From positions 3,302 to 67,301 of the IMG/VR virus record IMGVR_UViG_3300037183_000031: a stretch of 64,000 bases of DNA. One strand, written 5' to 3'. Made by a program: the position numbers and the translations under genes. The stretch comes from a virus. Its lineage: Duplodnaviria; Caudoviricetes. Position 1 is the first letter of the stretch; every line of letters starts with the position of its first letter. Positions 27,283 through 37,091 of the stretch are shown here, in pieces. Below the pieces are notes generated by a model. The model worked only from the letters and a program-made list of their open reading frames with translations, did not search any database and was not told the origin of the DNA.

Positions 27283-28389
27283 TTACCCGGGATTCAGCAG
27301 GCTTTCCTTGTACGCCTGGACGTCCTCGATGCTGTTGCCGAGAAGCCGGGCGGCCTCGCGGTCGGCGTCCGTCAGGAGAGACGCGCCGGTCTTCCTCTGG
27401 GGAGTCCCCGCGCCGCCGTTCTTCTGGGGCGAGGTGTGCTTGATGAACGACCGCAGCGCCTGAACGCTGGCGCCGGTGATCTTCCCGTCGAACTGATACT
27501 CCTTCTCGAATTCCGCCTTCTTGGCGGGCTCGACACGAAGGCTGGTGACGGCCTCCTCGACCAGGGCGTTGAAGTCGCTGGTCAGCTTGACCGCGGCGTC
27601 GGTCTCGGTCTTGGCGCGAAGGGCCGCGGTCTCGCCGGCGTCCTTCTTGTGGGCGCGCAGAACACCGATGGCCGAGGCGATCTCGGTCTCACCCGTGAGG
27701 GCGGAGACCTCGGACGCGAGAGAGCGCAGGGCCGCCATCTTCGTCTTGCCTTCGTCGCCGTCGGGCTCGCCCTTTTTCTTGAACAGTTCGAAGTCGGCCG
27801 CCAGCGCGGTCAGTTGACCCAGCATCTTCGCCATTTCCTGATCCTTCGCTGCGCAAGCTGTGCATTCGGTGGTCATGTCTTCGTCTCCTTCGTCGTTTGC
27901 GTTCGCCGCTACAAGCGGGATGGTCTGATCCATTGCTGGGAGGTTGGTCAACGCCAGATTCCGAACCCAGGTGATCCGGTTCTTGTCGTGGTTGAACAAC
28001 GGGGAAAATTCGCAGTATTCGCCGGCCGCGAGGTAGCCCGCGGCGCGCGCGGTCCACTGCACGTTGGTCGCCCAAAGCTCGCCGTCGCGAACCTCGGGGA
28101 CGAACGAGCCGGCCGCGATTGCCATCTCGGGCGTCGGGTCCTGGATCGTCGTGCCGTGGTTGTAGTCGATCCGCAGGACCTTCCCGCGGAGCGCATAATT
28201 CGCCATGACCGAGGCTGCCGCCTGATCGTCGAACAGGAAGGTGCCCTTCTCGGTGGGGTTCTCTCCCTTGCGGAAGATTCGGAATTCAGTCGGAGGCTCG
28301 TGGGCTGTGCCGAGTTCCACGCTGAGGCGGATCTCAGTGCCTAGACCGCTGATGTCCGTGGCTCCCGGCGTCCGCTTCGACCTCTTCAC
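27283..28389 (-). CDS. Mu gpI-like prohead protease with scaffold C-terminus (start uncertain)
   Basis: IDYNHG, VQWTARAAGYLAAGEYCEFSPLF and ALTNLPA. Confidence 0.9.
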   Translation of the reverse strand: MKRSKRTPGATDISGLGTEIRLSVELGTAHEPPTEFRIFRKGENPTEKGTFLFDDQAAASVMANYALRGKVLRIDYNHGTTIQDPTPEMAIAAGSFVPEVRDGELWATNVQWTARAAGYLAAGEYCEFSPLFNHDKNRITWVRNLALTNLPAMDQTIPLVAANANDEGDEDMTTECTACAAKDQEMAKMLGQLTALAADFELFKKKGEPDGDEGKTKMAALRSLASEVSALTGETEIASAIGVLRAHKKDAGETAALRAKTETDAAVKLTSDFNALVEEAVTSLRVEPAKKAEFEKEYQFDGKITGASVQALRSFIKHTSPQKNGGAGTPQRKTGASLLTDADREAARLLGNSIEDVQAYKESLLNPG

Positions 28390-28463
28390 CCTTCAGAGGG
28401 TCGGGCACCCGTCGCGCCACGGCAAGATCGCGCACCGTAATAGTGTGTATACGGAACTGTGGA

Positions 28464-29150
28464 TCAGCGTCCAAGTTTGTCGCTCAACACGTCGGCGAGA
28501 GGAGCGGGAAAGTCCTTTATTTCAGGCTCCCAATCGCGTCCCTTCTCACTTGGCGCGCGGCCGAAACCTTCATCGGCTTCGACGTCGGGGGCCTCTTCGT
28601 CCACGCCGCCTTCATCGTCGGTGTCCTCTTTTGAGAGCGGGGTGAGGACGCAGCGACAGTTGAAATGGAGCGGTGGGGTCGCGTTCTCCCAGAACGGATC
28701 ATCCTGCGGAAGCACGGTGCCGTCGGCCTCTTCGCAGTCATCGTCAACACGATCGTCCTTGATGGCGTCGAAGCGAAGATAGGGCCGCGCACGCTTCACC
28801 GCCGGCGCGGTGTAGATCGAGGCGCGCCCCGCGCCGTAAGACTCCATGATGTTGGTGCGGAAGATCGTCTCGACCCGCGGCGCGTTCGGCGCGCCCCATT
28901 CGTCCGCGAGCTTGGCCGAGACCTCGGCTTTGAAATCGTCGAATGGTTTCCCCTCTGCGATAGCTGAGTCGAGCGCCCTCCACACGTCCGCGATCACACT
29001 CACGCGCGCGACGTTCGCCACGGTGAAGGCGCGCTCCCGCTCGTCTGCGTTCAGCCCGCGCCATTCCGATTTCTTCATCGGCACGCGCGCGCGATGGGCT
29101 GCGATCGCCTGCTCGAATCGAGCCGGGTCCGCCGAAGGGGCCTTGGCCAT
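28464..29150 (-). CDS. Mu gpF-like head morphogenesis protein
   Basis: RAFTVA, RVETIFRTN and DDPFWENATPPLHFNCRC; start ATG 29150. Confidence 0.9.
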   Translation of the reverse strand: MAKAPSADPARFEQAIAAHRARVPMKKSEWRGLNADERERAFTVANVARVSVIADVWRALDSAIAEGKPFDDFKAEVSAKLADEWGAPNAPRVETIFRTNIMESYGAGRASIYTAPAVKRARPYLRFDAIKDDRVDDDCEEADGTVLPQDDPFWENATPPLHFNCRCVLTPLSKEDTDDEGGVDEEAPDVEADEGFGRAPSEKGRDWEPEIKDFPAPLADVLSDKLGR

Positions 29151-29491
29151 CACGCGATCTTTTTGCGGATGAACATCGTTCGGTAGCCGTCGTCCTCTGG
29201 GATCGTGACGATCTGACCGGAGGCGAGCGTCACGCACCACTGGTAATCGAACCAGCCCGGCGTCGAGGTCTCGCCAGTCGTGAAGGCGTGTTGGACCAGA
29301 CCGAGCGTCGGATCGCCGACCACCGTGGCGACTGAGATCGTGGCGGGCGTGGACCGGTCCCGCTTGGCCATCAGGAATTGAAGCAGCATATATCCCGTCA
29401 GATTCAAGGGCGTGCCGTCCGGACCGATCAGAGTCTCCTGCAGATAGGGCCCGGTGTCTCCTTGACCGATCTTGAAATCTGCATCAGGCAT
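29150..29491 (-). CDS. BppU-N-like small virion protein
   Basis: FKIGQGDTGPYLQETL...LNLTG...GETSTPGWF...TIP. Confidence 0.65.
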   Translation of the reverse strand: MPDADFKIGQGDTGPYLQETLIGPDGTPLNLTGYMLLQFLMAKRDRSTPATISVATVVGDPTLGLVQHAFTTGETSTPGWFDYQWCVTLASGQIVTIPEDDGYRTMFIRKKIA

Positions 29492-29501
29492 GAATCACCC
29501 C

Positions 29502-32414
29502 TCACACGAGGAAGACACCAGCATCGTAAACGGTGTCATTGACTGGGAGCGCCGCCGTCGCGTACGCCGTGGCTCCGATCGCCCAGGGCGTGGCCGACCA
29601 CGCCCCCGCGACGTCCGTGAAGAACGCCGCGTGGAGAATTCGTGATCCACGTCCGACCGATGCGGCACTAGGTACGCCCAAGCCGGATCCGACAGGCGCT
29701 AGAATGAGACACGTAGATCCGGCTGATAAAGCAATCGCTGGTCCGATGGTGTTCTGAGTCCAACCGCCAGACAGACTGAAATGCGCAGTCACGCCGCCGT
29801 CGCCAATTGCGCAGCGCTCCATGGTGAAATCGGTGTCCTGGCTCAGGTTGGTCGCGAATCTATTCGAGTTGGCGCCCATGGCGCCCATGCCGCTACGTAG
29901 CGTGAATGTCCTCTTGTCGGTTTGACCAGTTATGCCGCCAGTGAACTGGCAGCCGAAAGCCGTGGCTTGACCGAACGCCACGCCGAAAAGAGTCCTGAAT
30001 CCACAACTGATAAAGTTGGCGAGCCCATCGAAGGTGGAACCTCCAGCGAAGTCCAAAAGAGCCGCCGAGACCAACACGTCAGTTGGAAGAATGAGGTTGG
30101 GCCAAGCCGGCAACGTGATCAGATCCACCGCATCCCCCGGGGCGAACAGCTGGGACGTCGCCGCGCTCACCAGGGTCGTCGCGTTTACCTGCGATTGCTT
30201 CGCGATGTCGACGGAGAAGTTACCGCCTGAATTGTGGGTGCGCATCAAAGGGGCATAGGTCGCCTGTCCCCCGGAGGTGTTCGCGCGTCGCGCAAACAGA
30301 GAGCGGGTTGGCGTGGACACATATCCCAGACCGTTGAAGTCCGTGGTCGTAGACGTCAGGAATCCCGCTGACACGGCCGGGTTAAGATCAGCTGCCGCCG
30401 TGATCGATACCGATCCGGCCAGGACCGTCGGCGTCCCGATGATGAGGAATCGAATGTTCGTCGCGCATCGAAATCCCCACACGATCGCATCTGCTGCTGA
30501 CACGCTTCCGGCCCCCGCCGCAATGGTCAGACGCGGCGACACCGTGAAGACGGCGCCCCACATCCGTGCGCAGAACTCCCGCATTGAAGCGATCGGGGTC
30601 CCAGACGTCAGGGCGTCTGCCTCGTCGTTGCCCGCCACAGGATCGAGGAACATGCCGGTTCCATTCGTCGCGGCTTGCTGCCAATACGGCGTGGGCAGAA
30701 GCTGCCGAACCAGCAGGGCAACCCCGTCGGTGGATTTGATGCAGAAGAGGCCATCCTCAGCGGCGGAGAGGGACAGTTTGTCGACAAGATAAAGCGTCTT
30801 CAGGCTCTGCACCCAGATCAGGTCTCCGGTACAGAACGTGGAGTATGGCAGCGTCTTCAGAACGGCGATTGACGGTACCGATGTTGTGCATGCACCCATT
30901 AGGACACCACCGGAATTGATGACGCTTGAGGAACCATAGGGGTTAGATGCTACACCAAGGGCGACAGTCGGAGCGTTTCTGGTCGTAGCCGCCATCTCTT
31001 GGGCCGTCTCTACGGTCCTGGTCGGAGCCTGGATACTGTGGCTCATCGTCTGCTGACCACGGAAGGCGACCAGCACAGTCGGCACCGGGACGATTCGGGA
31101 CGCTCCCGCGCGCGCGTCGCTGCGGATGCCCGCCGAGGATAACAGCGTGATCGTTCCGATCGACGCCGAGCCGTAGCCTGCCCGCGAGCCCGCCCCCGCC
31201 GGCCTGAGCGTCGGTGCGATCGACGCCGCCCCCGCCGCTTGCTTACTCGCCGCGCCCGCGGGTTGTAGGAACGGCCCGATCGAGGCAGCTCCGGCTGCCG
31301 CGCGCGACGCGATGCCGGGGACCGTCAGAACCCGGGCGATTGACGCCGCGCCACTTGCTGAAGTACTCGCCGCACCGGCCGGGCGAAGCGTGACTGCGAT
31401 AGATGCCTGGCCCCCAGCAGATGGCGAGCGGATGCCGGCCGATTGCAACAGGGTACTGGCGATGGTGGTGATCGACGCCGCGCCGTACTTGGCGGCTGAT
31501 GCGGCGCCGGACGACGCGAGCACGGGCGCGATGGTGCCCGCTCCGCCGCGAGTTGACGAGCCCGCCCCCACCGGGGAGAGCGCTACCGTCGTAGCCGCGG
31601 AGCCGCCGCGCGCGCTTGATGCCGCTCCGACCGGAGCGGTGATGATGGTGACTCCCGCGGCGCCGAATTTTGCCGATGTCCGCGCGCCGACCGGCCCGAC
31701 CGCGGGTGACAGACTAGCGGAGCCGCCGCGCGCTGAGGATCCGATCCCAGCGGGGGCAAGTCCGATGGTCAGCCCGCTAGCCCCCCCGCGCGCACTCGAT
31801 GCGATTCCGGGAGAAGAAAGATTGATGCTGGTATTCAGACTGGCCGCGCCCGCGCGCGCGCTCGAGGCCGCCCCGACTGGCACCCAGACGGGATTTACCG
31901 ACGCCGCCCCAGCCCGCGCGACCGATGCCGACCCGACCGGTGCCAACGAAGGGGAGAGCGAAGGCGATCCGGCCCGAGCGCTCGATGCGCCGCCAGCGGG
32001 AGACAGTTTCGGCAGAATCGACGCCGCGCCTCCAGCTGCTCTCGACGACGCCCCGACCTGGCCCGGTTGCAGGGTTGCGGATGCAGCGCCGGCCGAGGCG
32101 AAGGATCTTCCGCCAACCGGGCCCAGGGCAAGCACCGCAGATGCCGATCCGCCGCGCGCCGAAGATGCAGCCCCAACGGCCCCGAGAAGCGTCTGGCCGA
32201 TTGTTGCTGCGCCCGCGCGCGATGCCGACGCGGCTCCCGAGGGCGTGAGACGTGGCGCAAGTGTCGCCGCCCCCGCTCTCCGTGGGCTAGCAACTCCCAC
32301 GGCCGTCAGTACGATCAGGATCGAAGAGGCGCCGCAAACTGCTGAACTTCTGACGCCGCTTGGGCTCAGGAGCTTCGGCGCCAGGGCCAGTTGGATTATG
32401 GCCGCGTTCGCCAT
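29502..32414 (-). CDS. 970 aa fibre-like protein: Ala/Gly/Ser repeats plus spike-like C-terminus
   Basis: About 21 repeats of about 20 aa (L-x-P-x-G-A-A-S-x-A-R-A-G-A-A-S-I), then a beta-rich region. Confidence 0.75.
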   Translation of the reverse strand: MANAAIIQLALAPKLLSPSGVRSSAVCGASSILIVLTAVGVASPRRAGAATLAPRLTPSGAASASRAGAATIGQTLLGAVGAASSARGGSASAVLALGPVGGRSFASAGAASATLQPGQVGASSRAAGGAASILPKLSPAGGASSARAGSPSLSPSLAPVGSASVARAGAASVNPVWVPVGAASSARAGAASLNTSINLSSPGIASSARGGASGLTIGLAPAGIGSSARGGSASLSPAVGPVGARTSAKFGAAGVTIITAPVGAASSARGGSAATTVALSPVGAGSSTRGGAGTIAPVLASSGAASAAKYGAASITTIASTLLQSAGIRSPSAGGQASIAVTLRPAGAASTSASGAASIARVLTVPGIASRAAAGAASIGPFLQPAGAASKQAAGAASIAPTLRPAGAGSRAGYGSASIGTITLLSSAGIRSDARAGASRIVPVPTVLVAFRGQQTMSHSIQAPTRTVETAQEMAATTRNAPTVALGVASNPYGSSSVINSGGVLMGACTTSVPSIAVLKTLPYSTFCTGDLIWVQSLKTLYLVDKLSLSAAEDGLFCIKSTDGVALLVRQLLPTPYWQQAATNGTGMFLDPVAGNDEADALTSGTPIASMREFCARMWGAVFTVSPRLTIAAGAGSVSAADAIVWGFRCATNIRFLIIGTPTVLAGSVSITAAADLNPAVSAGFLTSTTTDFNGLGYVSTPTRSLFARRANTSGGQATYAPLMRTHNSGGNFSVDIAKQSQVNATTLVSAATSQLFAPGDAVDLITLPAWPNLILPTDVLVSAALLDFAGGSTFDGLANFISCGFRTLFGVAFGQATAFGCQFTGGITGQTDKRTFTLRSGMGAMGANSNRFATNLSQDTDFTMERCAIGDGGVTAHFSLSGGWTQNTIGPAIALSAGSTCLILAPVGSGLGVPSAASVGRGSRILHAAFFTDVAGAWSATPWAIGATAYATAALPVNDTVYDAGVFLV

Positions 32415-32424
32415 GCGACCTTAC

Positions 32425-33576
32425 TTAACCAAACAGGGAGATATTCATCATCACCCCGGGGCCTCCGTTGCCGCCCGCGCCGCTGTTGGTGCCGTTGAGC
32501 GAGCCGCCGCCTCCGCCTCCGCCCCCGCCATAGCTGCCGCCGTTTCCCCCGGTTTTGACTGTCCCGGAGGAACCTCCAGCACCTCCACCCCCGACGCTCA
32601 TGAAGTCGTCCGTGGTCTTGGAATTGCCGTTGGTGCCTGCCGCATTGGCTGCGCCCGTGCCGCCGCTCTGGACGCCGCCTCCGCCGTTGGCTCCGGCTTC
32701 AGTCGCATTCGCTGCCGAAATGCCGCCTCCGCCTCCGCCCCCGCCAGGGCTCCAAACGTAACTGGCTCCAGAACCCGTGAATGTGCCGGCTCCGCCAGCC
32801 CCTGCCCCTGCCCCAACACCGCTGGCACCTCCAGCCCCACCGGCCGTGGCAGATGGATTCATCTGCATTCCAGTGGCGACGCCGCCCGCGGGACCTCCAG
32901 TAGCTCCCGCGACACCACCAAGTCCTGTTCCGCCAAAATTCCCGACGACTGATCCCGCCAGCGTGTTTGAGGTAGCGGCCGTGGCGTTGTTTCCGTTCGT
33001 GGAATCGACGGTGATCGCTGTGCCGCCGACCCCAAGCGTTCCGATTACAACGGCTTGGGTTGGCGAGTTTGCGAAGAAGTTTTGAAATCCCCCTTGGTGG
33101 AACGATGCTGAGCCAGCACCACCTCCCGTGCCTCCTCCTCGCACGGTCGCCGTCAAGCCTCTGCGCCCGGAGCCTCCGCCTCCACCTGGGGCGACCGAAA
33201 ACATCTCCTGGACGCGCGAGTTGCCCAGGACGATCCACATACCGCTGGCGTTGAACACTTGGACATCAACACCGCCAAGCTCAGGCCCGTATGGGCCGAT
33301 GTTGAACAAGTACGGGTAGACGATGTCATTCCAGATCGCGTCTAGCGTGGGTTGGTCCAGGTGCCGCAGAAATGCCTTGTCCCGCAACATGCGCGGCAGC
33401 AACTCAATGTGTTCATTGCGGTCGCGCGTGAGCACCTGAACTGCAATGTCCTCGCGTCGACGCCGCAGCCAGTCCCGATCTCGTGGAGACAGTTGAGAGG
33501 CGGCGCGGAATCTCTCCGACGCACCCGTGAAGAGATGCAGACCGCTCGGACCTGTTGCTGTAGAGATTTCGATCAT
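32425..33576 (-). CDS. Glycine-rich fibre-like protein
   Basis: Start ATG 33576; charged helical N-terminus, then GGGGGSG-type repeats. Confidence 0.7.
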   Translation of the reverse strand: MIEISTATGPSGLHLFTGASERFRAASQLSPRDRDWLRRRREDIAVQVLTRDRNEHIELLPRMLRDKAFLRHLDQPTLDAIWNDIVYPYLFNIGPYGPELGGVDVQVFNASGMWIVLGNSRVQEMFSVAPGGGGGSGRRGLTATVRGGGTGGGAGSASFHQGGFQNFFANSPTQAVVIGTLGVGGTAITVDSTNGNNATAATSNTLAGSVVGNFGGTGLGGVAGATGGPAGGVATGMQMNPSATAGGAGGASGVGAGAGAGGAGTFTGSGASYVWSPGGGGGGGGISAANATEAGANGGGGVQSGGTGAANAAGTNGNSKTTDDFMSVGGGGAGGSSGTVKTGGNGGSYGGGGGGGGGSLNGTNSGAGGNGGPGVMMNISLFG

Positions 33577-33583
33577 GGGATCT

Positions 33584-35692
33584 CTAAAATGTGAGCGTGA
33601 CCCCGAGGGCCGGCGCGGTGTTCCAAAGAACACCACCGGCTGGGAAGATCGAGGGTAGGGCGCCGGCCCCCACGCCGGTCAGCCTCCAACAGATCGGAGT
33701 CGCCGCGCCTCCCGCCGCAGCCCACGCTGGCAGATACCTACTGGGGCCCATGATCGTCCTGAACTGTGATGCCGTGGTGCCAAGTGAGTCGATTTTGACC
33801 ACCAGCCAATAGAGCCCGTAGTACACGGCTTTGGAGAAAGCTCCTGGGTTCTTCACGCCCACCGTTGTTCCCATGGCGAAGGCACCACCGGACGTGGGTT
33901 CTTTTCGCAGGCACTGCGGATATCCAGAGAAATTGTGGTCGTCATAAATGCCGATCCGAATGTTAGAGCCCGCCGTGGCCGGCGCGTTCATCTGCTCGAC
34001 CATGGAGGCGCCGATCTGAAGGTTGGGCTTTGTGAAAAAGATCGGCATCGCGAACATGTCACCGGCAACCGCCAGGTAGGGTGCTCCCCATCCTTCCGTG
34101 TCTGCCAGATAGACCTGTCCACTAACGATGATGCGACGGTCCGACCCCACAAATTCGATCGCGCCAGTGACCAGATCGGCTGGCGTGAAGTCAGCCAGGT
34201 CGGGCGCTGCCCTCATCGCCGCGACTGCTCTCCAGCACTGAAGCGCCGCCCGCTGCTTTCCGAAGTCGTTGAAGTGGTTCCCATCCAGCGCGAACCACGA
34301 AAGAACGTTGGCTGGTAGATTGCTGTCACCGCCCATGGCAGCGTCGAAGTCGACAATCTGCACCATCGCGTCGAATTCCTGCGCGGTGGTCAGCATGGTC
34401 GCGTTGAGGTTCGTTACGTCGGCATCAGCCGCCGCATGGCTCGCCGCCGTGGCCCCCGTGAAATTCGTATTGCTGAACCCATACTGACCATTGCTGTAAC
34501 CCAGCAGAGCACGGGCCAGCGTGTAGCGAATGCTCGTGAACGCTCCCGTGGCGTTGCCGCTGAGCACCACCGTCGTCGCGTTGGTCACCGACGAGATCGT
34601 CTTGCCCGCGGTGAAGGCTCCCTGCGCGTCCGTTTCAACGATGGACTGTCCCACATCGGTCGCGGCAAGAAACGCCATATTGGCGTCGGTGAAATTCGTG
34701 GTCACGCCCGTCGTGACGCCACTGCCTGATGAATGCGTGACGTTGCGCTCCGGGAGCCGCGGGAAGTTGCACCACAGGACCGGCGGCGGCTTGAAGGCTT
34801 CGATCCAACAGCCATCGAGCGTGAATGTCGACGCCGATACGGTTGTGATGCGCACCGAGATCGTCTGCCCTGCATTCGCGGCAGACAGGCCATTGACGGG
34901 TCCCGTGAATCGCACCCCATAGGCCGTCGTTGCCTGCGTCGATGCAGCGCTGAGGGTGTCCGTGCGTCCGTTGATGCCCGACGTGCCGCCAGCCGTCGCC
35001 GCCGTCCCACCCCACGTGACGATCAGCGAGCCACCAGAGAGCGCGACCATGTTGAAACAGATCGGCTCGCCCTGGTAGTCCTGCGGGATCGTGAACGTCG
35101 CCGTGGACGTGCCGGCGGAGTCGACCACGGTCGCCTGCTTGGAAGTCGCGGATCCAGATGTGAAGTCGGCACTCGAGGTCGGAGACGTGGAGAAGTTAGC
35201 GCCGAACGCCCAGTTACCAGACGTCGCGGCGAGATATATCGAGGAAGCCCGCGCCTTGCTGATCAACGCGCGCATGGCATTTGCCCATGCCGAGCGCAGC
35301 AGCGTCTGGGAACCAGATGCGGTGTTGCCGACGTCGTTGGCGCCCCAGCAAAACAGATAGGCGCCGCCCGACCGGACGAACGGCGGAGAGATGCGTCCGT
35401 CGTGGTCCATTTCACTTAGCGCGCGCGCGAAGCCACCCTGTGAACGCCCGGGAGCAAGGAACTGAGCCCCACCTACCCCATGGTTCCTGACCACATTCGG
35501 GGTCAATCCCATGCCGGCCGCGAACAGATTGTGAAACAGGGAGTTGGCGTTCAGCCCCGTAATGGATGACGAGTACCCAGTCCCCATGAACGGATCGTCG
35601 AGGTAGGAATGTCCGAAGCAGTCCAGCGCCTTGATCGGGATGGGCGGGCGGCTGGTTTGCGTGCCTGAATGGCCGCCTGATCGACCGGGCAT
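33584..35692 (-). CDS. SGNH/GDSL hydrolase-containing virion protein
   Basis: Blocks FGHSY (I), GVGGAQ (II), GAND (III) and DGNH (V), with long beta-rich inserts. Confidence 0.75.
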   Translation of the reverse strand: MPGRSGGHSGTQTSRPPIPIKALDCFGHSYLDDPFMGTGYSSSITGLNANSLFHNLFAAGMGLTPNVVRNHGVGGAQFLAPGRSQGGFARALSEMDHDGRISPPFVRSGGAYLFCWGANDVGNTASGSQTLLRSAWANAMRALISKARASSIYLAATSGNWAFGANFSTSPTSSADFTSGSATSKQATVVDSAGTSTATFTIPQDYQGEPICFNMVALSGGSLIVTWGGTAATAGGTSGINGRTDTLSAASTQATTAYGVRFTGPVNGLSAANAGQTISVRITTVSASTFTLDGCWIEAFKPPPVLWCNFPRLPERNVTHSSGSGVTTGVTTNFTDANMAFLAATDVGQSIVETDAQGAFTAGKTISSVTNATTVVLSGNATGAFTSIRYTLARALLGYSNGQYGFSNTNFTGATAASHAAADADVTNLNATMLTTAQEFDAMVQIVDFDAAMGGDSNLPANVLSWFALDGNHFNDFGKQRAALQCWRAVAAMRAAPDLADFTPADLVTGAIEFVGSDRRIIVSGQVYLADTEGWGAPYLAVAGDMFAMPIFFTKPNLQIGASMVEQMNAPATAGSNIRIGIYDDHNFSGYPQCLRKEPTSGGAFAMGTTVGVKNPGAFSKAVYYGLYWLVVKIDSLGTTASQFRTIMGPSRYLPAWAAAGGAATPICWRLTGVGAGALPSIFPAGGVLWNTAPALGVTLTF

Positions 35693-36192
35693 TACGTCAA
35701 CTCCACTACGACGGCAGTGCCCCCCGCCAGCGAACTAATCGCATTTATGGCGCCCTTCCAGTTGTCGTCCCACTCCGAGGTGCCACCAGTGCCATCGTTC
35801 GCCGCGTTCGAACATGGAGCCAGCGCCATGTGATACGCGGTCGCGGTCGGCGTTTGGCCAAACCCGAGATAGATCACGGTCGTTCCGGTGTTCTCCACAC
35901 GGCATCTGACCCGGTTCGCATTGGACGCGAGGATCGATCCCGAGGTCGTTCCCACCGCCGTCTGCGCCGCCGCGCCCGCCGTGGTCGACGCCATGGGTAG
36001 CGGGCGCACCACAACACCGAAGAGGGTTGACGCGGGCGTCGCGCCCTTGACGTCGGCGAGTTCCGTTGCGGCGGCACCCGCGATGTTGATCCGCTCGCGC
36101 TCAACCGTGATAGCGGAGACGGTCAGAGACGTCGTATCGAGTCTTTTATCCGGGCTGGTCGCCTGGAGAACGCCAATTGTCGAATCAGCCAT
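35692..36192 (-). CDS. Small beta-sandwich virion protein
   Basis: ILASNANRVRCRVENTGTTVIYLGFG...WKGAINAIS. Confidence 0.65.
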   Translation of the reverse strand: MADSTIGVLQATSPDKRLDTTSLTVSAITVERERINIAGAAATELADVKGATPASTLFGVVVRPLPMASTTAGAAAQTAVGTTSGSILASNANRVRCRVENTGTTVIYLGFGQTPTATAYHMALAPCSNAANDGTGGTSEWDDNWKGAINAISSLAGGTAVVVELT

Positions 36193-36206
36193 GCGACCGA
36201 CTCAGA

Positions 36207-37055
36207 TCAGAGTACGGCGATTTTATTGGGGCCGTTGTCCCAGGGTATCGTGAGGTTCGTCGGACCGCCGAGCGTCAGAGGGAATCCGCTGTTGGTGGTC
36301 GACACATCGGCCTGATGTCCGCTGGCGATCGGGCCCGAGATGGCGGAAACGACGAGCTTAAGGTCCCCTTGCGCGGCGCCTGTCGTAAGGGTGGCCGTGA
36401 TGCCGTTCGAGAACACAATCGCCGTGCCGTTCGGGATCGCGCCCTCCAACTTGCGCACCCAGATCGTGGTGGCGGACGAGGCAGCATCTGCGGTGCAAAG
36501 CACCTGAATCTTTCCGTCCACCAGCAGGATCGGGACGCCGGTCGTGGTGTCGATGATCAGCACGGCATCGATCGTTCCAGCCGGAACGCCGGTATAGGGC
36601 ACGTCGTCGGCGTCCAGCACGCCATTGACCAGCGTGGGGGTTGTGAGCGTCTGGTTCGTCCCGAGCGCGCCCGCATCAACGTCTGTGTTGGCCGCCGCCG
36701 CGGTCATATTGACCGCGTACCCACCCGAGGTGTAGGCGGCGCTGCCCGTGCAGGCGAGCCCGTCCTGGAGCGTGGTCAGGTCGAAGGTGTTCGCCGCGAC
36801 GTTCGCTGCCTTGAACACTCCGTTTGCCGCGAGATTGCCGCCGATGCGTCCGGTCAGGATGATGTCCCCGTTGGCGAATCCATGCGCGGTGCTCGTCACT
36901 GTGATCGGACTCGCGGCGCCGGTGCAGCCCGTGATCGCCTTGATCTGGGCGTCGACGGTCGAAAGGTTGGTCAGCTGAGTTTTGATGACGTCGCTGTTCC
37001 AGTCGCCGTTATCCGCCAGCGTCTGCTTGCCTTTTTCGAAGAATCTGACCGACAT
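36207..37055 (-). CDS. Virion structural protein with inserted domains
   Basis: Core WNSDVIK...GVLDADDV...LTIPWDNGPNKI, interrupted by an ITVTSTAHGFANGD (FCCH-like) insert. Confidence 0.65.
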   Translation of the reverse strand: MSVRFFEKGKQTLADNGDWNSDVIKTQLTNLSTVDAQIKAITGCTGAASPITVTSTAHGFANGDIILTGRIGGNLAANGVFKAANVAANTFDLTTLQDGLACTGSAAYTSGGYAVNMTAAAANTDVDAGALGTNQTLTTPTLVNGVLDADDVPYTGVPAGTIDAVLIIDTTTGVPILLVDGKIQVLCTADAASSATTIWVRKLEGAIPNGTAIVFSNGITATLTTGAAQGDLKLVVSAISGPIASGHQADVSTTNSGFPLTLGGPTNLTIPWDNGPNKIAVL

Positions 37056-37091
37056 GTTGTAAATCCTCTCGCTGTTTCGGACGTTTGTCTA

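Noticed and set aside
31312-32952. 546 aa plus-strand ORF and other long plus-strand ORFs (for example 25326-26324, 27250-28344, 57987-58979)
   Set aside because: They are antisense shadows of motif-bearing minus-strand genes, as expected in GC-rich DNA.
32425-33240. GGC/GCC-rich runs as a DNA repeat element
   Set aside because: Fully explained by the Gly-rich coding sequence.
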